Positions 1-9,304 of a DNA stretch of 20,000 bases are shown here, one piece after another. The number at the start of each line of letters is the position of its first letter. Within the stretch, counting starts at the first letter, position 1. This stretch comes from an uncultured virus (IMG/VR IMGVR_UViG_3300044639_000797). Lineage: Duplodnaviria; Heunggongvirae; Uroviricota; Caudoviricetes. Location: IMG/VR virus record IMGVR_UViG_3300044639_000797, one strand, 5' to 3'. The notes under the pieces were generated by a model. The model had not been told where the DNA came from, did not search any database, and saw only the letters and a program-made list of their open reading frames with translations. The translations under genes and the position numbers were made by a program.

Positions 1-1
1 T

Positions 2-1084
2 ACCCACACGTAGCTCGATGTTTGATAAGTCAGCACCTACTATTACCTGCCCTTGTGGGGCTACGATGGCTTCTTTTAATATCGACCCTCTAGGTAAGTT
101 CTGAAAGTTTACCTTCTGCCCACTACCTGCAGCCCATCTACCTGTCGCCGCCCCATAGTATTTTAGAGGGATAGGGAGGCTACCCATTCTATTAGCTATA
201 TTCATAAACCGAATTGTTCGAGTCTCTTCTAATGTACTCTTAACCCCCAACCTAGCTAGTGCTAGAGCTTGTACTGTAGGATTAGAATGTTCTAGTAGGG
301 CTTTAAACCCATCATCAGTTTTAGCAAATGCGTAGGTGTTCTCCCCTGTAGTAGGTGATACCTTCATAGGTACTTCTACCCCATGCTCCTCTAACAACTT
401 AGCAAACTTAGGGTTACTCATGAGCTCAGACTTATCTGCCGCTACAGTCGATAGCAACCTTTCTTTCTCATCCAAAACGTAGTCAAGATGGGCTTGTAGT
501 AACAGCATATCTACTTCCAGCTTGGCATCTGCACCCATCCTAATGGTCATGTCTATTAGGCTTAGCTCTGTCGAGTTAAAGTGGGGTGTTAGTTTCTGCA
601 GTAACTTATAAGTTAATTCTGTGTCGTTAATACAATACTCGCCGTACCTAGCTAACTCCTCCTTAGTAAAGTCTTTACGGTATTTACCCATAGCATCGAC
701 AACCTCAGTGCCCTTAACCCCAAGCTCATAATGCTCTGCCAGCTTAGCTAAGCTACCTCCTACCGATATACCATGTACAGCACGTGCCATAGATAGAGTG
801 TCCATATACCTAGCTGGAAAGATACCAAAGTAAAGGCTAAGGATAGATGCATCAAAGAAACAGTTGTGTGCTACTAAAGTAATGTCGTTCCAATCATATC
901 TATTAAGTATATTAGTTATCTGTAATCGACTGCCTGTATGCCACTTAGTACGGGCTTTGCCTAACTTAATAGATACTCCAATAACTTCAAACGCATCATC
1001 ATTTATATACTCTTCTGTTGTTAATTTAGATAGGCTGTATGATTTCGAGTAAAAAGTTTCGAAGTCTATTGTCATTAGTTGCAT
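2..1084 (-). CDS. polA: Family A DNA polymerase (3'-5' exonuclease plus polymerase), truncated by the window edge
   Basis: Not in the ORF track because it is open-ended. Translated by hand from ATG 1084, which overlaps the upstream TAA (TAATG): [27 protein letters not shown]... (Exo I DxE motif), TGRWAAG..KVNFQNLPR, ending in motif A IVGADLSNIELRVG at the edge. Confidence 0.93.
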   Translation of the reverse strand, partial: MQLMTIDFETFYSKSYSLSKLTTEEYINDDAFEVIGVSIKLGKARTKWHTGSRLQITNILNRYDWNDITLVAHNCFFDASILSLYFGIFPARYMDTLSMARAVHGISVGGSLAKLAEHYELGVKGTEVVDAMGKYRKDFTKEELARYGEYCINDTELTYKLLQKLTPHFNSTELSLIDMTIRMGADAKLEVDMLLLQAHLDYVLDEKERLLSTVAADKSELMSNPKFAKLLEEHGVEVPMKVSPTTGENTYAFAKTDDGFKALLEHSNPTVQALALARLGVKSTLEETRTIRFMNIANRMGSLPIPLKYYGAATGRWAAGSGQKVNFQNLPRGSILKEAIVAPQGQVIVGADLSNIELRVG

Positions 1085-1488
1085 TACCTACCCCGCTCCT
1101 TTAAAGCTAAGCCCCTAAGAGTAAGCATATCTTTTATCTCACGTAGAGTATGTTTACCTAAGTTAGGTGTTTTTAATAGCTCAACTTCAGTCCGTTGAAC
1201 TAAGTCTTCAATAGATACTATCCCCTCTGCTTTTAAACAGTTTTGGGCACGTGTGGTAAGATCAAGGTCTCTTATCAAAAATTTAAGGTGTGGGTTAGGT
1301 GCCTCCTCTAGTTTGTTCCTCTCCGCCAGCTCCCTTCTTTTTTTCTCTATTATCATTGCATCAGCTATATCATATGACCACATTGCTATCCTCATAGGGT
1401 CTTGTGCAAATTCCTGTAAATCCCAAGTCTTCTTAGTCATTAACCCATTCATAGCCGCTATAGCTATCTTATCTCTTGTATTCATCAC
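1084..1488 (-). CDS. Fusion of a small phage 'RD..A..AM.GL...AY..ADAM' domain to an RNA polymerase alpha subunit C-terminal domain
   Basis: C-terminus [58 protein letters not shown] aligns by eye with E. coli RpoA CTD ([58 protein letters not shown]). Confidence 0.9.
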   Translation of the reverse strand: MMNTRDKIAIAAMNGLMTKKTWDLQEFAQDPMRIAMWSYDIADAMIIEKKRRELAERNKLEEAPNPHLKFLIRDLDLTTRAQNCLKAEGIVSIEDLVQRTEVELLKTPNLGKHTLREIKDMLTLRGLALKERGR

Positions 1489-1660
1489 TCTTCTCCCTCT
1501 CTGCTAACATCGCATCGGCATAGGCATATGCTGACTTACTTAGAGCATGTTTATTTTTCTGCTCTCTTTTTGGGTATAATAAATCTTCAGGATCGCACCC
1601 CATATATTGAATAAACCCCTGCAGTACAGCTGTTGCTATCGTATCTCTTAGTTCAGTCAT
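1469..1660 (-). CDS. Small phage protein of the 'LRD..A.A.LQG...[11 protein letters not shown]' family
   Basis: ORF track; motif shared with both neighbours; overlapping start/stop junctions. Confidence 0.8.
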   Translation of the reverse strand: MTELRDTIATAVLQGFIQYMGCDPEDLLYPKREQKNKHALSKSAYAYADAMLAEREKSDEYKR

Positions 1661-1919
1661 CTTTCTTCACCCTCTCTGCTAACATTGCGTCTGCTATTTG
1701 GTAAGCCGCCTTTGGTAATGAATCTATTCCCAGCTTATGTGCTATTAACCCCTGCATAGCCATGCCAGCAAAATGGTCTCTTAAAGTTCTTTCTGGGGGA
1801 GCTGTATAAAGAGGTTCACATGTCAACCCTTTCAATTCCTCAGCATGATAGCTCCAAGTTTCTGTAGTAGGGTTCCATCTTCTCCATACCACAGGCCATT
1901 CATTTAATAATTTACTCAT
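1653..1919 (-). CDS. Small phage protein; PLYTAPP module fused to an 'LRDHFAGMAMQGL...[12 protein letters not shown]' module
   Basis: ORF track; GGAGG-type RBS; ATGA overlap with the upstream gene. Confidence 0.8.
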   Translation of the reverse strand: MSKLLNEWPVVWRRWNPTTETWSYHAEELKGLTCEPLYTAPPERTLRDHFAGMAMQGLIAHKLGIDSLPKAAYQIADAMLAERVKKDD

Positions 1920-2245
1920 TCCCCACCTCCAATGCCGTGTGCTTTTTCTATTGCTTTAACAAAGTCTGTTATTGGGTTTACGCTATCGTAAGTATCTGTA
2001 AAAAATTTCATATACTGCTCTTTATTCAAAGGCTCACGTTTTGGTGGTGATGTATATAGCGGTATTACTTCAAACATATCTTTATTATACAAATCTGGAA
2101 AAAGACTCACTTGTATCCTATAGCCAGTATCTCTATTAACTATTATCCACGCTTCAGGTTGTTGCTCAGGTTGGGCGAGCAGTTCTTTATATCTAGTAAC
2201 TATAGAATTAGGCACTGCATCTGTGTATTTTATTTCTTTACTCAC
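1916..2245 (-). CDS. Hypothetical phage protein (QPEQ.P.AW ... PLYTSPPKREPL ... AIEKAHGIG family)
   Basis: ORF track; GTG start with GGAG RBS; coupled to neighbours. Confidence 0.75.
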   Translation of the reverse strand: MSKEIKYTDAVPNSIVTRYKELLAQPEQQPEAWIIVNRDTGYRIQVSLFPDLYNKDMFEVIPLYTSPPKREPLNKEQYMKFFTDTYDSVNPITDFVKAIEKAHGIGGGE

Positions 2246-2594
2246 CTTTATTCTCCAGTTCTTTTACATAGTCGTTTAGCTTAGACTCAATAATCTTTTT
2301 AACTTTGATACCAATATCAGATTGCATAACATCTCTACCCATTGCTGTACCTGCCACCATGTATATGGTTTGTTGTGATGGTATAAAAAAACATATCACT
2401 ACAATTATTGCACTTATACGCCCTACTTTTTTACAATAGTCTATCGTTTTAGAGTTATCGTCATACGTATCCGCCATATTTACCCCAGCAACAATTAAAG
2501 CGCCAATAATAACTATGACGGCGATACCTATAATAGCTGGAACTCTGTTAGCTAAATCCGCAACATAAATCAATAGTTCAATACTCATACTCAT
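2238..2594 (-). CDS. Hypothetical membrane protein
   Basis: Two hydrophobic segments (IIGIAVIVIIGALIVAGV; ISAIIVVICFFIP). Confidence 0.75.
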   Translation of the reverse strand: MSMSIELLIYVADLANRVPAIIGIAVIVIIGALIVAGVNMADTYDDNSKTIDYCKKVGRISAIIVVICFFIPSQQTIYMVAGTAMGRDVMQSDIGIKVKKIIESKLNDYVKELENKGE

Positions 2595-2812
2595 TCCCCG
2601 TCTAAACTAATATCAAAAACTGAATTTATTTCCCAAATTATGAACCTTATTTGTTCTTCTAAATATTGACGACTGGGTGTATGCCCCATGCAATCTATAA
2701 CCTCAGAACATTTCCTTAGTTTTTTGATTAGTTTTAAACGTAACTCATTATCTATCACTCGTCTGTCAAGATACGCTTGCTCGTCTTCATCTATTATTCT
2801 TTCTTTACTCAT
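2591..2812 (-). CDS. Hypothetical protein
   Basis: ORF track; GGAGAAG RBS; ATGA overlap with the downstream gene. Confidence 0.7.
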   Translation of the reverse strand: MSKERIIDEDEQAYLDRRVIDNELRLKLIKKLRKCSEVIDCMGHTPSRQYLEEQIRFIIWEINSVFDISLDGE

Positions 2813-2826
2813 CTTTCTTCTCCACT

Positions 2827-3036
2827 TTAATTATATGAGATGCAATTTATCATTATTTGTCTTATTCTTTCCTCGTCAATAGTATCTTTTAACGTTTGTT
2901 CAAGTTCAGATTCTTTATTAACATATATCTCATTTAAGTAATCTTTTACCTCATCAGCTAACCATTCGTATTGCTTGTCGTCCTCTAGAATCCTCGCTAC
3001 TTTTTTAAATAAGTTTATTACTACTTCCTCGTTCAT
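2827..3036 (-). CDS. Hypothetical protein
   Basis: ORF track; GGAGAAG RBS; ATGA overlap. Confidence 0.7.
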   Translation of the reverse strand: MNEEVVINLFKKVARILEDDKQYEWLADEVKDYLNEIYVNKESELEQTLKDTIDEERIRQIMINCISYN

Positions 3037-3302
3037 TTCTCTTCTCCTTTATTTGTCCAACCTAAAACCCTAAATAGTTTCTTAGCAGCTACATCAGCAG
3101 TAAATAGACTCTCTTCATTTGACTCTTTATAAAATCTAAAGCTTATCCCGTAAGTTTTTCGTTCGGCATCGTATCTTTCTTTAATACCGTTATGTATCTC
3201 TATACCAGCTGCATCTGCAAACTCTCTCAATGCCCATATAACTGTATGAAGCTCACGTTGTTTAAACCCTTGTAGTCCTAGTGTCTTCAGCTCTTTACTC
3301 AT
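3033..3302 (-). CDS. Hypothetical protein (MSKELK...)
   Basis: Start moved to ATG 3302, which overlaps the upstream stop (TGATG). Confidence 0.7.
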   Translation of the reverse strand: MSKELKTLGLQGFKQRELHTVIWALREFADAAGIEIHNGIKERYDAERKTYGISFRFYKESNEESLFTADVAAKKLFRVLGWTNKGEEK

Positions 3303-3499
3303 CACACACCCCACTCAATAAAAAAGTCACATATCTCGTCATCATCTATTTCTTTCTTTACGTCCATATGCCACACGTAGTTCTGTGTGTCTATCTCAAT
3401 GGTCAGGTATCTCTGACATAGGTTCTTCTGGTTGCAGTTAGTACCCATACATCTGGCACTGGTTGTTGGCAGTGGATACTGCATTTGGTGTAGTTTCAT
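3302..3499 (-). CDS. Small Cys-rich hypothetical protein (C-x4-C-x5-C-xRY)
   Basis: Start moved to ATG 3499 behind GGAGG; MKLHQMQYPLPTTSARCMGTNCNQKNLCQRY. Confidence 0.7.
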   Translation of the reverse strand: MKLHQMQYPLPTTSARCMGTNCNQKNLCQRYLTIEIDTQNYVWHMDVKKEIDDDEICDFFIEWGV

Positions 3500-3501
3500 T
3501 T

Positions 3502-3645
3502 CTACCTCCCCAAAGGTTTTAATAGATTCCCAAGTAATGCTAAGGGTACAAACACGGCTATAAAGATACTGCTTACTACGAACACCACCCCTACTAACAA
3601 CCAAAAGCACAGCCCTTCTAACTTACTTGTACCTTTCGCATACAT
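3502..3645 (-). CDS. Small membrane protein, 47 aa (not in the ORF track)
   Basis: [52 protein letters not shown] just upstream; fills the gap between neighbours. Confidence 0.6.
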   Translation of the reverse strand: MYAKGTSKLEGLCFWLLVGVVFVVSSIFIAVFVPLALLGNLLKPLGR

Positions 3646-3946
3646 TTTCCTCACCATTTGACATTCTCCTCAAGTGCTCAACTAATTTATCTACGTTCGT
3701 AGCGTTTATGCAGATGCCAGCCCCACCACTCTGAATGATTCTATCTAGCTCACGTTGTTGGATTGCCGTAGGCTTTAAGTCATTTGCCTTACACTCAATA
3801 GCTAAGAACTTACCCTGCACACAACATATTATATCTGGTATAGCTGACCTGCCATACCCATTAGCCGCTGGAAAGAAGTGCCATACACCTGCATCAATTA
3901 GTGCCTTCTTAACTTTATCTTTAACCTCACCTTCTTTAGTCCTCAT
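3623..3946 (-). CDS. VRR-NUC domain nuclease (PD-(D/E)xK, Holliday-junction resolvase-like)
   Basis: EGEVK...[29 protein letters not shown] pattern. Confidence 0.88.
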   Translation of the reverse strand: MRTKEGEVKDKVKKALIDAGVWHFFPAANGYGRSAIPDIICCVQGKFLAIECKANDLKPTAIQQRELDRIIQSGGAGICINATNVDKLVEHLRRMSNGEENVCERYK

Positions 3947-4628
3947 CTACAAGCTCCTTACTACTTCTGTATTCTAAAAACGCCAAGTCATCTGCTAGTT
4001 TTTCTTCTGCTATTTTTGTAGCACTCCAAATGCGGGACATGTCAACTTCGTCCTCCCCCAAACAAACACGAACTCTATTAAATCTAGAAGGGTGTCTTAG
4101 CTTCCTAAGAGCCTTAGCTTCTATCTGTCTTACACGTTCTCTTGTTACTCCTATTACGTCTCCCACCTGCTCTAATGATAAAGGGTCTCCTTCAAACCCA
4201 AACCTTAACTTTAATACATTAGATTCTCTAGGGGTTAATTTTGTGTCTAAGGTAAAGTCTATAACCTCTTTTAGTTGGTCGCTCTCAAGACTTAGTATAG
4301 GGTCAGAGATATTCTCAAGTCGTGTTAGCTCATGGTAGGAGAACTCAAGCTCTCGTGTATTAGACTCTATAGGGGTAAGCTGTTCTAATGACCATACTTC
4401 TTCAACACATTTACCAAAATAAGAACATATCTTCTGCGCTGTTTCTTTTACAATGCCTTTTGGGTTTAAGGGGGATTCAGACATATTGATATATTTACTT
4501 AACACAGCGTATGAAATACCCGCCTCCTTAGCCGCCACATACCCAGCTACTCCCTTAGCCTCAATCAAATTAAGTATATTGTTATTCCTTACTCGTACCG
4601 TTACTCGGTAATCTTTATGCTCATTCAT
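3936..4628 (-). CDS. XRE-like HTH plus sigma70 region 4 protein
   Basis: C-terminal [14 protein letters not shown]...[32 protein letters not shown] resembles RpoD region 4.2; N-terminal [17 protein letters not shown] is HTH-like; no sigma region 2 recognised. Confidence 0.85.
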   Translation of the reverse strand: MNEHKDYRVTVRVRNNNILNLIEAKGVAGYVAAKEAGISYAVLSKYINMSESPLNPKGIVKETAQKICSYFGKCVEEVWSLEQLTPIESNTRELEFSYHELTRLENISDPILSLESDQLKEVIDFTLDTKLTPRESNVLKLRFGFEGDPLSLEQVGDVIGVTRERVRQIEAKALRKLRHPSRFNRVRVCLGEDEVDMSRIWSATKIAEEKLADDLAFLEYRSSKELVDED

Positions 4629-4869
4629 CTGTAAATTCTCCTACATCTATATAGTCCCCTATACGTGGTGGGGATTCGCCTGTCGCTTTAAGCCAGTAAT
4701 CTAGCATCGCTATACCTTCTAACCACCCTGCTGGTGGGGCTTTAGTTTCTTGTTTAACACAACTCAGTGTACCCATAGCTGTATCAGTCTTTCTAGCTAT
4801 ATCAGCTAGTGTGTGCCCTCTCTTATACAACACTTTTAACATCAGCGCGAAGTCAAGCTGTCTAACCAT
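4621..4869 (-). CDS. Small HTH DNA-binding protein (Cro-like)
   Basis: [22 protein letters not shown] helix-turn-helix pattern. Confidence 0.6.
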   Translation of the reverse strand: MVRQLDFALMLKVLYKRGHTLADIARKTDTAMGTLSCVKQETKAPPAGWLEGIAMLDYWLKATGESPPRIGDYIDVGEFTDE

Positions 4870-5474
4870 AAACCCCTCAATCTAGTTCGTTCTTTATCAC
4901 AGTGAGCTATTACTTTTTTATTCTTACGCATGAAATTAACTATGTGTACTGCATCTCCTGATAATGTTATGCGGGCTTTCTTATGTGCTGACGGGTCAAA
5001 TGCTAATAGGTCTACAATATAGGGAAGCCAGTCATCTATCTCTTTTTTGTTATATAACTTACTGCCATCTAACCTAGTGTACATATGGGCTGGCATCATA
5101 TACCGCTTATCCTTTGCTATCCTAGAACGTAGCCTCTCGTATGTTATACCTATCATCTTGGCTATATCTATCATGGTATAAGCACCGTTATCTCCATCAA
5201 GCGGTGGTACAGGGTCAAACACACTTGTAGGCTTGGTACGTCTAGGCACTCTTTTGCGTTTGATTGGAGCGGGCTCGACAGCTTTAAAGGAAACAGGTTT
5301 CGGATTCAGAGTCATTTGAGCTTGTACCTCCTCCATTTTTAACGCTCGTTTGTTTTCGTTAAGCCGCTCTTTATTCTTATGGTAATACTCTAAAGCTTTC
5401 GCCCTATACTTTTCTCTATTGAGCTGATAATAATCTTTGCGGTATTGCATATCTGTGGTATCTTTGTCTTGCAT
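4842..5474 (-). CDS. Basic hypothetical protein with a C-terminal HTH (excisionase/AlpA-like)
   Basis: Start moved to ATG 5474 behind AAGGA; YTMIDIAKMIGITYERLR...LYNKKEIDDW; N-terminal YY..NRE/YY.KNKE repeats. Confidence 0.6.
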   Translation of the reverse strand: MQDKDTTDMQYRKDYYQLNREKYRAKALEYYHKNKERLNENKRALKMEEVQAQMTLNPKPVSFKAVEPAPIKRKRVPRRTKPTSVFDPVPPLDGDNGAYTMIDIAKMIGITYERLRSRIAKDKRYMMPAHMYTRLDGSKLYNKKEIDDWLPYIVDLLAFDPSAHKKARITLSGDAVHIVNFMRKNKKVIAHCDKERTRLRGLWLDSLTSR

Positions 5475-5522
5475 AATGTGTTTCCTTTTATTGTTATTGG
5501 TTGGGTTGGTTTTGCGCTCATA

Positions 5523-5547
5523 GGGGTTACGGTAAATACGTAACCCC
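5523..5547. other. Intergenic 9-bp-stem hairpin
   Basis: GGGGTTACG-gtaaata-CGTAACCCC; the T-run follows on the + strand only. Confidence 0.5.
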
Positions 5548-5552
5548 ATTTT

Positions 5553-5645
5553 TTAATGAACACCCTTTACTACATCTACCAATATAATTAATACTTGTCC
5601 TACGATTACAACTATTCCCAAGCTATACCAAACTATCTTGTTCAT
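5553..5645 (-). CDS. 30-aa single-transmembrane peptide (not in the ORF track)
   Basis: MNKIVWYSLGIVVIVGQVLIILVDVVKGVH*; ATGA overlap with the upstream stop. Confidence 0.55.
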   Translation of the reverse strand: MNKIVWYSLGIVVIVGQVLIILVDVVKGVH

Positions 5646-6265
5646 GAGTATTCAGCAGCGTCTGCTTTACTCATCTCCTTAAGGGCATCTTCCACAAGCT
5701 TAACAATATACTCTGGTCTATCCTGAGAAACTAATGTCCTAACCCAAGTATCAATCCATGCTCGTGCCTCTCTATCAGCTACAATCTGTGGGTGGTCTCG
5801 TCCAATACCTACATCTGCTAAGAGTTGGTAGTCAATACAATCAAGAGACTTTTCTAATCTTCTATGCTCCCTCAATATAGCTTTAATACTTTTACTAGCA
5901 CTGATTGAGAAGTGGTCTTTAGGATGTACTAACAAATACCCTTTTGATTTTACAGATTGTAAGAGACGACTACCCCTTTCACGTACCAAGTGTATTATGG
6001 CACTTTTATGAGTGCCGTATGATTTGTTAAAGGTGTTATGGTTTTCCATAGTATCTACGTATTGAAACGTAAGACCTACTTCCTTCTGTATCCACTTGTG
6101 TGGTACTAACTCTCCTACATTAAATGTCCTTAATAGCTTATCGGCTATACCTTTTCGCATCTCACGGAGAATTTGTTTATCCGTCTTTTCATCTTCCTCT
6201 TCCTCTTCTCCTTCCTCTTCATATATAGCACTTTGCATTTCTTCTTCAGACATATCATTTTGCAT
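5642..6265 (-). CDS. Hypothetical protein with an acidic N-terminus
   Basis: Start moved to ATG 6265 behind GAGGA. Confidence 0.7.
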   Translation of the reverse strand: MQNDMSEEEMQSAIYEEEGEEEEEDEKTDKQILREMRKGIADKLLRTFNVGELVPHKWIQKEVGLTFQYVDTMENHNTFNKSYGTHKSAIIHLVRERGSRLLQSVKSKGYLLVHPKDHFSISASKSIKAILREHRRLEKSLDCIDYQLLADVGIGRDHPQIVADREARAWIDTWVRTLVSQDRPEYIVKLVEDALKEMSKADAAEYS

Positions 6266-6311
6266 TTTTACTTCCTCTTTAAATAGCCCCTGAAAGGCAG
6301 GGGCGTAACCT

Positions 6312-6527
6312 TTACATCTCATTCACTACATAGGTATGCTCGTCTATCCGCATACCAATACCTTCTACATGCTCCCCATGAGGGCTTAACTTAAGTAGTG
6401 CCACCCTCTCTGGCACTGGGGGGTCTAGCTCAGAGACATCACTAAACGATATGACATCTCCCTCCTTCAGAACCACGTTATCTAAATGAGTAGCTTTATT
6501 GGAAGTTAAATCTATTCGTATTGTCAT
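6312..6527 (-). CDS. Hypothetical phage protein (RVALLKL...VEGIG.R family)
   Basis: ORF track; TAATG overlap with the VWA gene. Confidence 0.7.
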   Translation of the reverse strand: MTIRIDLTSNKATHLDNVVLKEGDVISFSDVSELDPPVPERVALLKLSPHGEHVEGIGMRIDEHTYVVNEM

Positions 6528-7681
6528 TAGTCCACCCGTATTACTGAGCCAAATGGAGGCACAGTTGTTGTATTACCCACCATTACCCAGATAGTAGGGT
6601 ACAGTGGGGCTGTCTGTGGAAACTCAATCCATCCGTCTGTAATCATTACAATGCACTGTGGCTCTAACTTATTCTTAACGACATAGTCAAATACACACAG
6701 GGAACTAGAGCCACCTCCACCTTTAGGCTTGGTAGATGTGAGTAACCCACTGTAATTCTCTTCACGATACTGCTCGTGAGCGGCAACCTCTGTATCCCAG
6801 TAAAGTAAATCTACTTTTTCGGGAGTTGTATTATCACATATACTAACTAACTCTGCCAATGCTTTTGCAATATCTTCGCCTGATATACTGCCTGATGTAT
6901 CTATACCTACACAGATACTACCAATGCTCTCACTGATTTGACTAGGCATATACACATCATGCTGTAACCAGCGTCTATTAGGCTTAGCCCATGTGCTATC
7001 ACCCTTACCTGCACATACTGTCGATACGAACTCACGTAACTGCTCAGCCCAATTAACCTTAGACTGCATCACAGCATCAAAGCTACGGTCTACCTCACCG
7101 CCTTGCTTACCTGCTAACAGTGCACCAGTACGTACAGCACTATCTATCTCCTTAGCTAACGCCTCCTTCTCTGCCTCGTCTAAACTCTTAGCACCGTCCC
7201 AGTCATGCTCGTCCAGTGGCTTACCGCCGTTGCCCTTACCGTTCTTCTTATCTTCCTTCAACCTAGCGAACACCTCGCCGCTATCTAGCCCTCGATACAT
7301 CTCATCTACTAACCCACCCTCTGGCATAACAAGGAAGTCGCCCCACTTGTTAAGGTCTTGTATCTCTAGGTTAATAACGTAATCACATGCTTGGTTAGCC
7401 AACCAAGCATCTTCCTCATGAATCTTACGCCACACAAATAGATGCTGATATAACTTGTGCTTGGTCTCATGTAGTATAAGAAACCGTAACTCACTATCCT
7501 TAAGGCTCTCAACAAAGGCACGACCGTATATAACATCACGCCCATTGGTACATGCTGTAGGGCAGTCATCTTTCACCTCTACCTTACCTACCATCAACAA
7601 CCCTGAGTATGCTAGGGTACGCTTGTCTTGCATCAAAGCTATGTGAGCTTTGGTTATTCTATCCTCTGCACTTAGTACCAT
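6527..7681 (-). CDS. DUF2201-type protein: N-terminal metallopeptidase-like domain plus C-terminal VWA domain
   Basis: TACTNG, HETKH (HExxH), NQACDYVIN, MIDAS motif DTSGS, GGGGS, MITDG. Confidence 0.88.
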   Translation of the reverse strand: MVLSAEDRITKAHIALMQDKRTLAYSGLLMVGKVEVKDDCPTACTNGRDVIYGRAFVESLKDSELRFLILHETKHKLYQHLFVWRKIHEEDAWLANQACDYVINLEIQDLNKWGDFLVMPEGGLVDEMYRGLDSGEVFARLKEDKKNGKGNGGKPLDEHDWDGAKSLDEAEKEALAKEIDSAVRTGALLAGKQGGEVDRSFDAVMQSKVNWAEQLREFVSTVCAGKGDSTWAKPNRRWLQHDVYMPSQISESIGSICVGIDTSGSISGEDIAKALAELVSICDNTTPEKVDLLYWDTEVAAHEQYREENYSGLLTSTKPKGGGGSSSLCVFDYVVKNKLEPQCIVMITDGWIEFPQTAPLYPTIWVMVGNTTTVPPFGSVIRVD

Positions 7682-7694
7682 CTCACTCTCCTAT

Positions 7695-7708
7695 GGGTAC
7701 ATGTACCC
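7695..7708. repeat. Palindrome copy 1, GGGTACATGTACCC
   Basis: Between the ATPase stop and the VWA RBS. Confidence 0.95.
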
Positions 7709-8784
7709 TAATTAAAAAGGTAGCCATTGTTCACAGCCCATTCAGTAAAGACCCTATTAGTAACTGCTATGCTACGCTTAGGGGACTTACTACTCATAAC
7801 ACTCATAGCGAACAGAGCCTGTGCTTCTTTAGACAGTCGTGCCATATACTGCATCCAGCTACCAAAGGTAGTATCTTCTACGTTACTTAGTGCCTTTGAT
7901 ACTATCAAGCAGGTGGACGCACCGTTATGTGGGACTACAGTAGTAGTCGGGTTATTAATAATCTCAGCCCAGCTAGGCATGGTGTTGCTTAACTTCAAGA
8001 CATTCATCATATCCATCGTAGCCCTCTCACCTATCACACCGAACAGAGCATGAGTCAGTACATCTTCTGGCATATCACGGCACATCTTAAGTATGTCAGA
8101 TGCTTTCTCTAATGAACGTGGCGTAACGAACGCCGCTCTTGGTACACGTGGGTCATTGATGTACTCATTCATATCAGGACGCTCATAGTCCTCGAATGAT
8201 GCCAGCATAGCTGGATACTCTATAGCTGTAGCTATTACTACAGGGTCAACCCCTGCGTTCTGTGCATAGTCCCATCGCCATTGCTCCGCAGTAGGCTTAC
8301 TCATCTTTACAATACACACCCTGTTACGTGCATGGGGTGGTATGTTGTCGCCTATACCCTCTACTGCTAGGTTAGTAGTAGCAAATACAATAGACCCCTC
8401 TGGCAGTGAGTGAATACCCAGCTTACGTTCAAGCATAAGTCTAAGACATGCGTTCATCACAGCCTTACCTGCCTTACCTACTTCATCAAGCATAAGTATC
8501 AGAGGTTTGTTTAAGTGAAAGCCAAACTCCTCATTGGGTATGAATGAGCAGACAGGTGTACCATCTATGGTACGTATCTGTGGAACTAAGAAGTCACCCA
8601 CATCTTTAGTAGTGATGTCTATGTAGCATGGGATATGGTTGGGGTGGGACTCTGATAGAGTCTTAAGTATAGATGACTTGCCTATCCCCATCTCTCCCTG
8701 TACAAGGACAGTGAGCCGCTCACCTACTGAGCTGATAAGTTTGATAGTATCTTGCATAGTGATTGAACTATATGGTTTTTTCAT
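7708..8784 (-). CDS. AAA+ ATPase (MoxR/CbbQ/dynein-related type)
   Basis: Walker A GEMGIGKS, Walker B LMLDE, ATTN sensor, RNR arginine finger, TPRS. Confidence 0.88.
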   Translation of the reverse strand: MKKPYSSITMQDTIKLISSVGERLTVLVQGEMGIGKSSILKTLSESHPNHIPCYIDITTKDVGDFLVPQIRTIDGTPVCSFIPNEEFGFHLNKPLILMLDEVGKAGKAVMNACLRLMLERKLGIHSLPEGSIVFATTNLAVEGIGDNIPPHARNRVCIVKMSKPTAEQWRWDYAQNAGVDPVVIATAIEYPAMLASFEDYERPDMNEYINDPRVPRAAFVTPRSLEKASDILKMCRDMPEDVLTHALFGVIGERATMDMMNVLKLSNTMPSWAEIINNPTTTVVPHNGASTCLIVSKALSNVEDTTFGSWMQYMARLSKEAQALFAMSVMSSKSPKRSIAVTNRVFTEWAVNNGYLFN

Positions 8785-8808
8785 TGTCTTATCCTAATTG
8801 TTTGGTAT

Positions 8809-8822
8809 GGGTACTTGTACCC
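8809..8822. repeat. Palindrome copy 2, GGGTACTTGTACCC
   Basis: 25 nt upstream of ATG 8784. Confidence 0.95.
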
Positions 8823-8871
8823 GAAATGTCAGCCCCTTAAGGGAGCGATGCTTTACTTCAACTGCAGGTAT

Positions 8872-8900
8872 ATTATACGCTGTATGCTACGCTGTGTCCA
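8872..8900 (-). promoter_or_regulatory. Sigma70 promoter
   Basis: TGGACA-17 nt-TATAAT on the minus strand. Confidence 0.8.
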
Positions 8901-9294
8901 GCGTCTCCCCTATGGGGTATGGTTCGCCTTCTGTTTCTACATATATGTACTGAGTGGGGGATACTATATCAGGGGAATCTATATGCTTCCCATTGTCATC
9001 TGTACCATACTCCCTATCATAAACTATATCTCCTATATCCTCACCTACTCTACAAAATTCATATGAACAGCCTTGTGCTGAAGCATCTATAAGTATCTGG
9101 CTATGTTGTTTAACATCTTCATATTCATCGTACCATTTAAGACCGCTCTTATTAAATAGAATAGTTGTGTCATCTATTAATGAGAAGTCCTCTGGCTTAA
9201 TCCACTCATTCATAAACTGTACTGCCATAAACCTAACTCTATGTTCTTTTGTTTTAAAGCGTATGCAATACGCTACCTCACTACGGTATCCCAT
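8887..9294 (-). CDS. Hypothetical phage protein (MGYRSEV...KWY...RVGED family)
   Basis: ORF track; AGGAG RBS. Confidence 0.8.
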   Translation of the reverse strand: MGYRSEVAYCIRFKTKEHRVRFMAVQFMNEWIKPEDFSLIDDTTILFNKSGLKWYDEYEDVKQHSQILIDASAQGCSYEFCRVGEDIGDIVYDREYGTDDNGKHIDSPDIVSPTQYIYVETEGEPYPIGETLDTA

Positions 9295-9304
9295 CTCTCT
9301 TCTC

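Noticed and set aside
3623..3635. Partial motif look-alikes (TTACTTGTACC at ~3623; isolated GGGTAC/GTACCC half-sites near 3441, 3544, 4769, 7615, 12715)
   Set aside because: Only one arm matches, which is compatible with chance.
3936..4628. Calling this gene rpoD, or 1084-1488 rpoA
   Set aside because: Only single domains are present, so these are not full-length orthologs.
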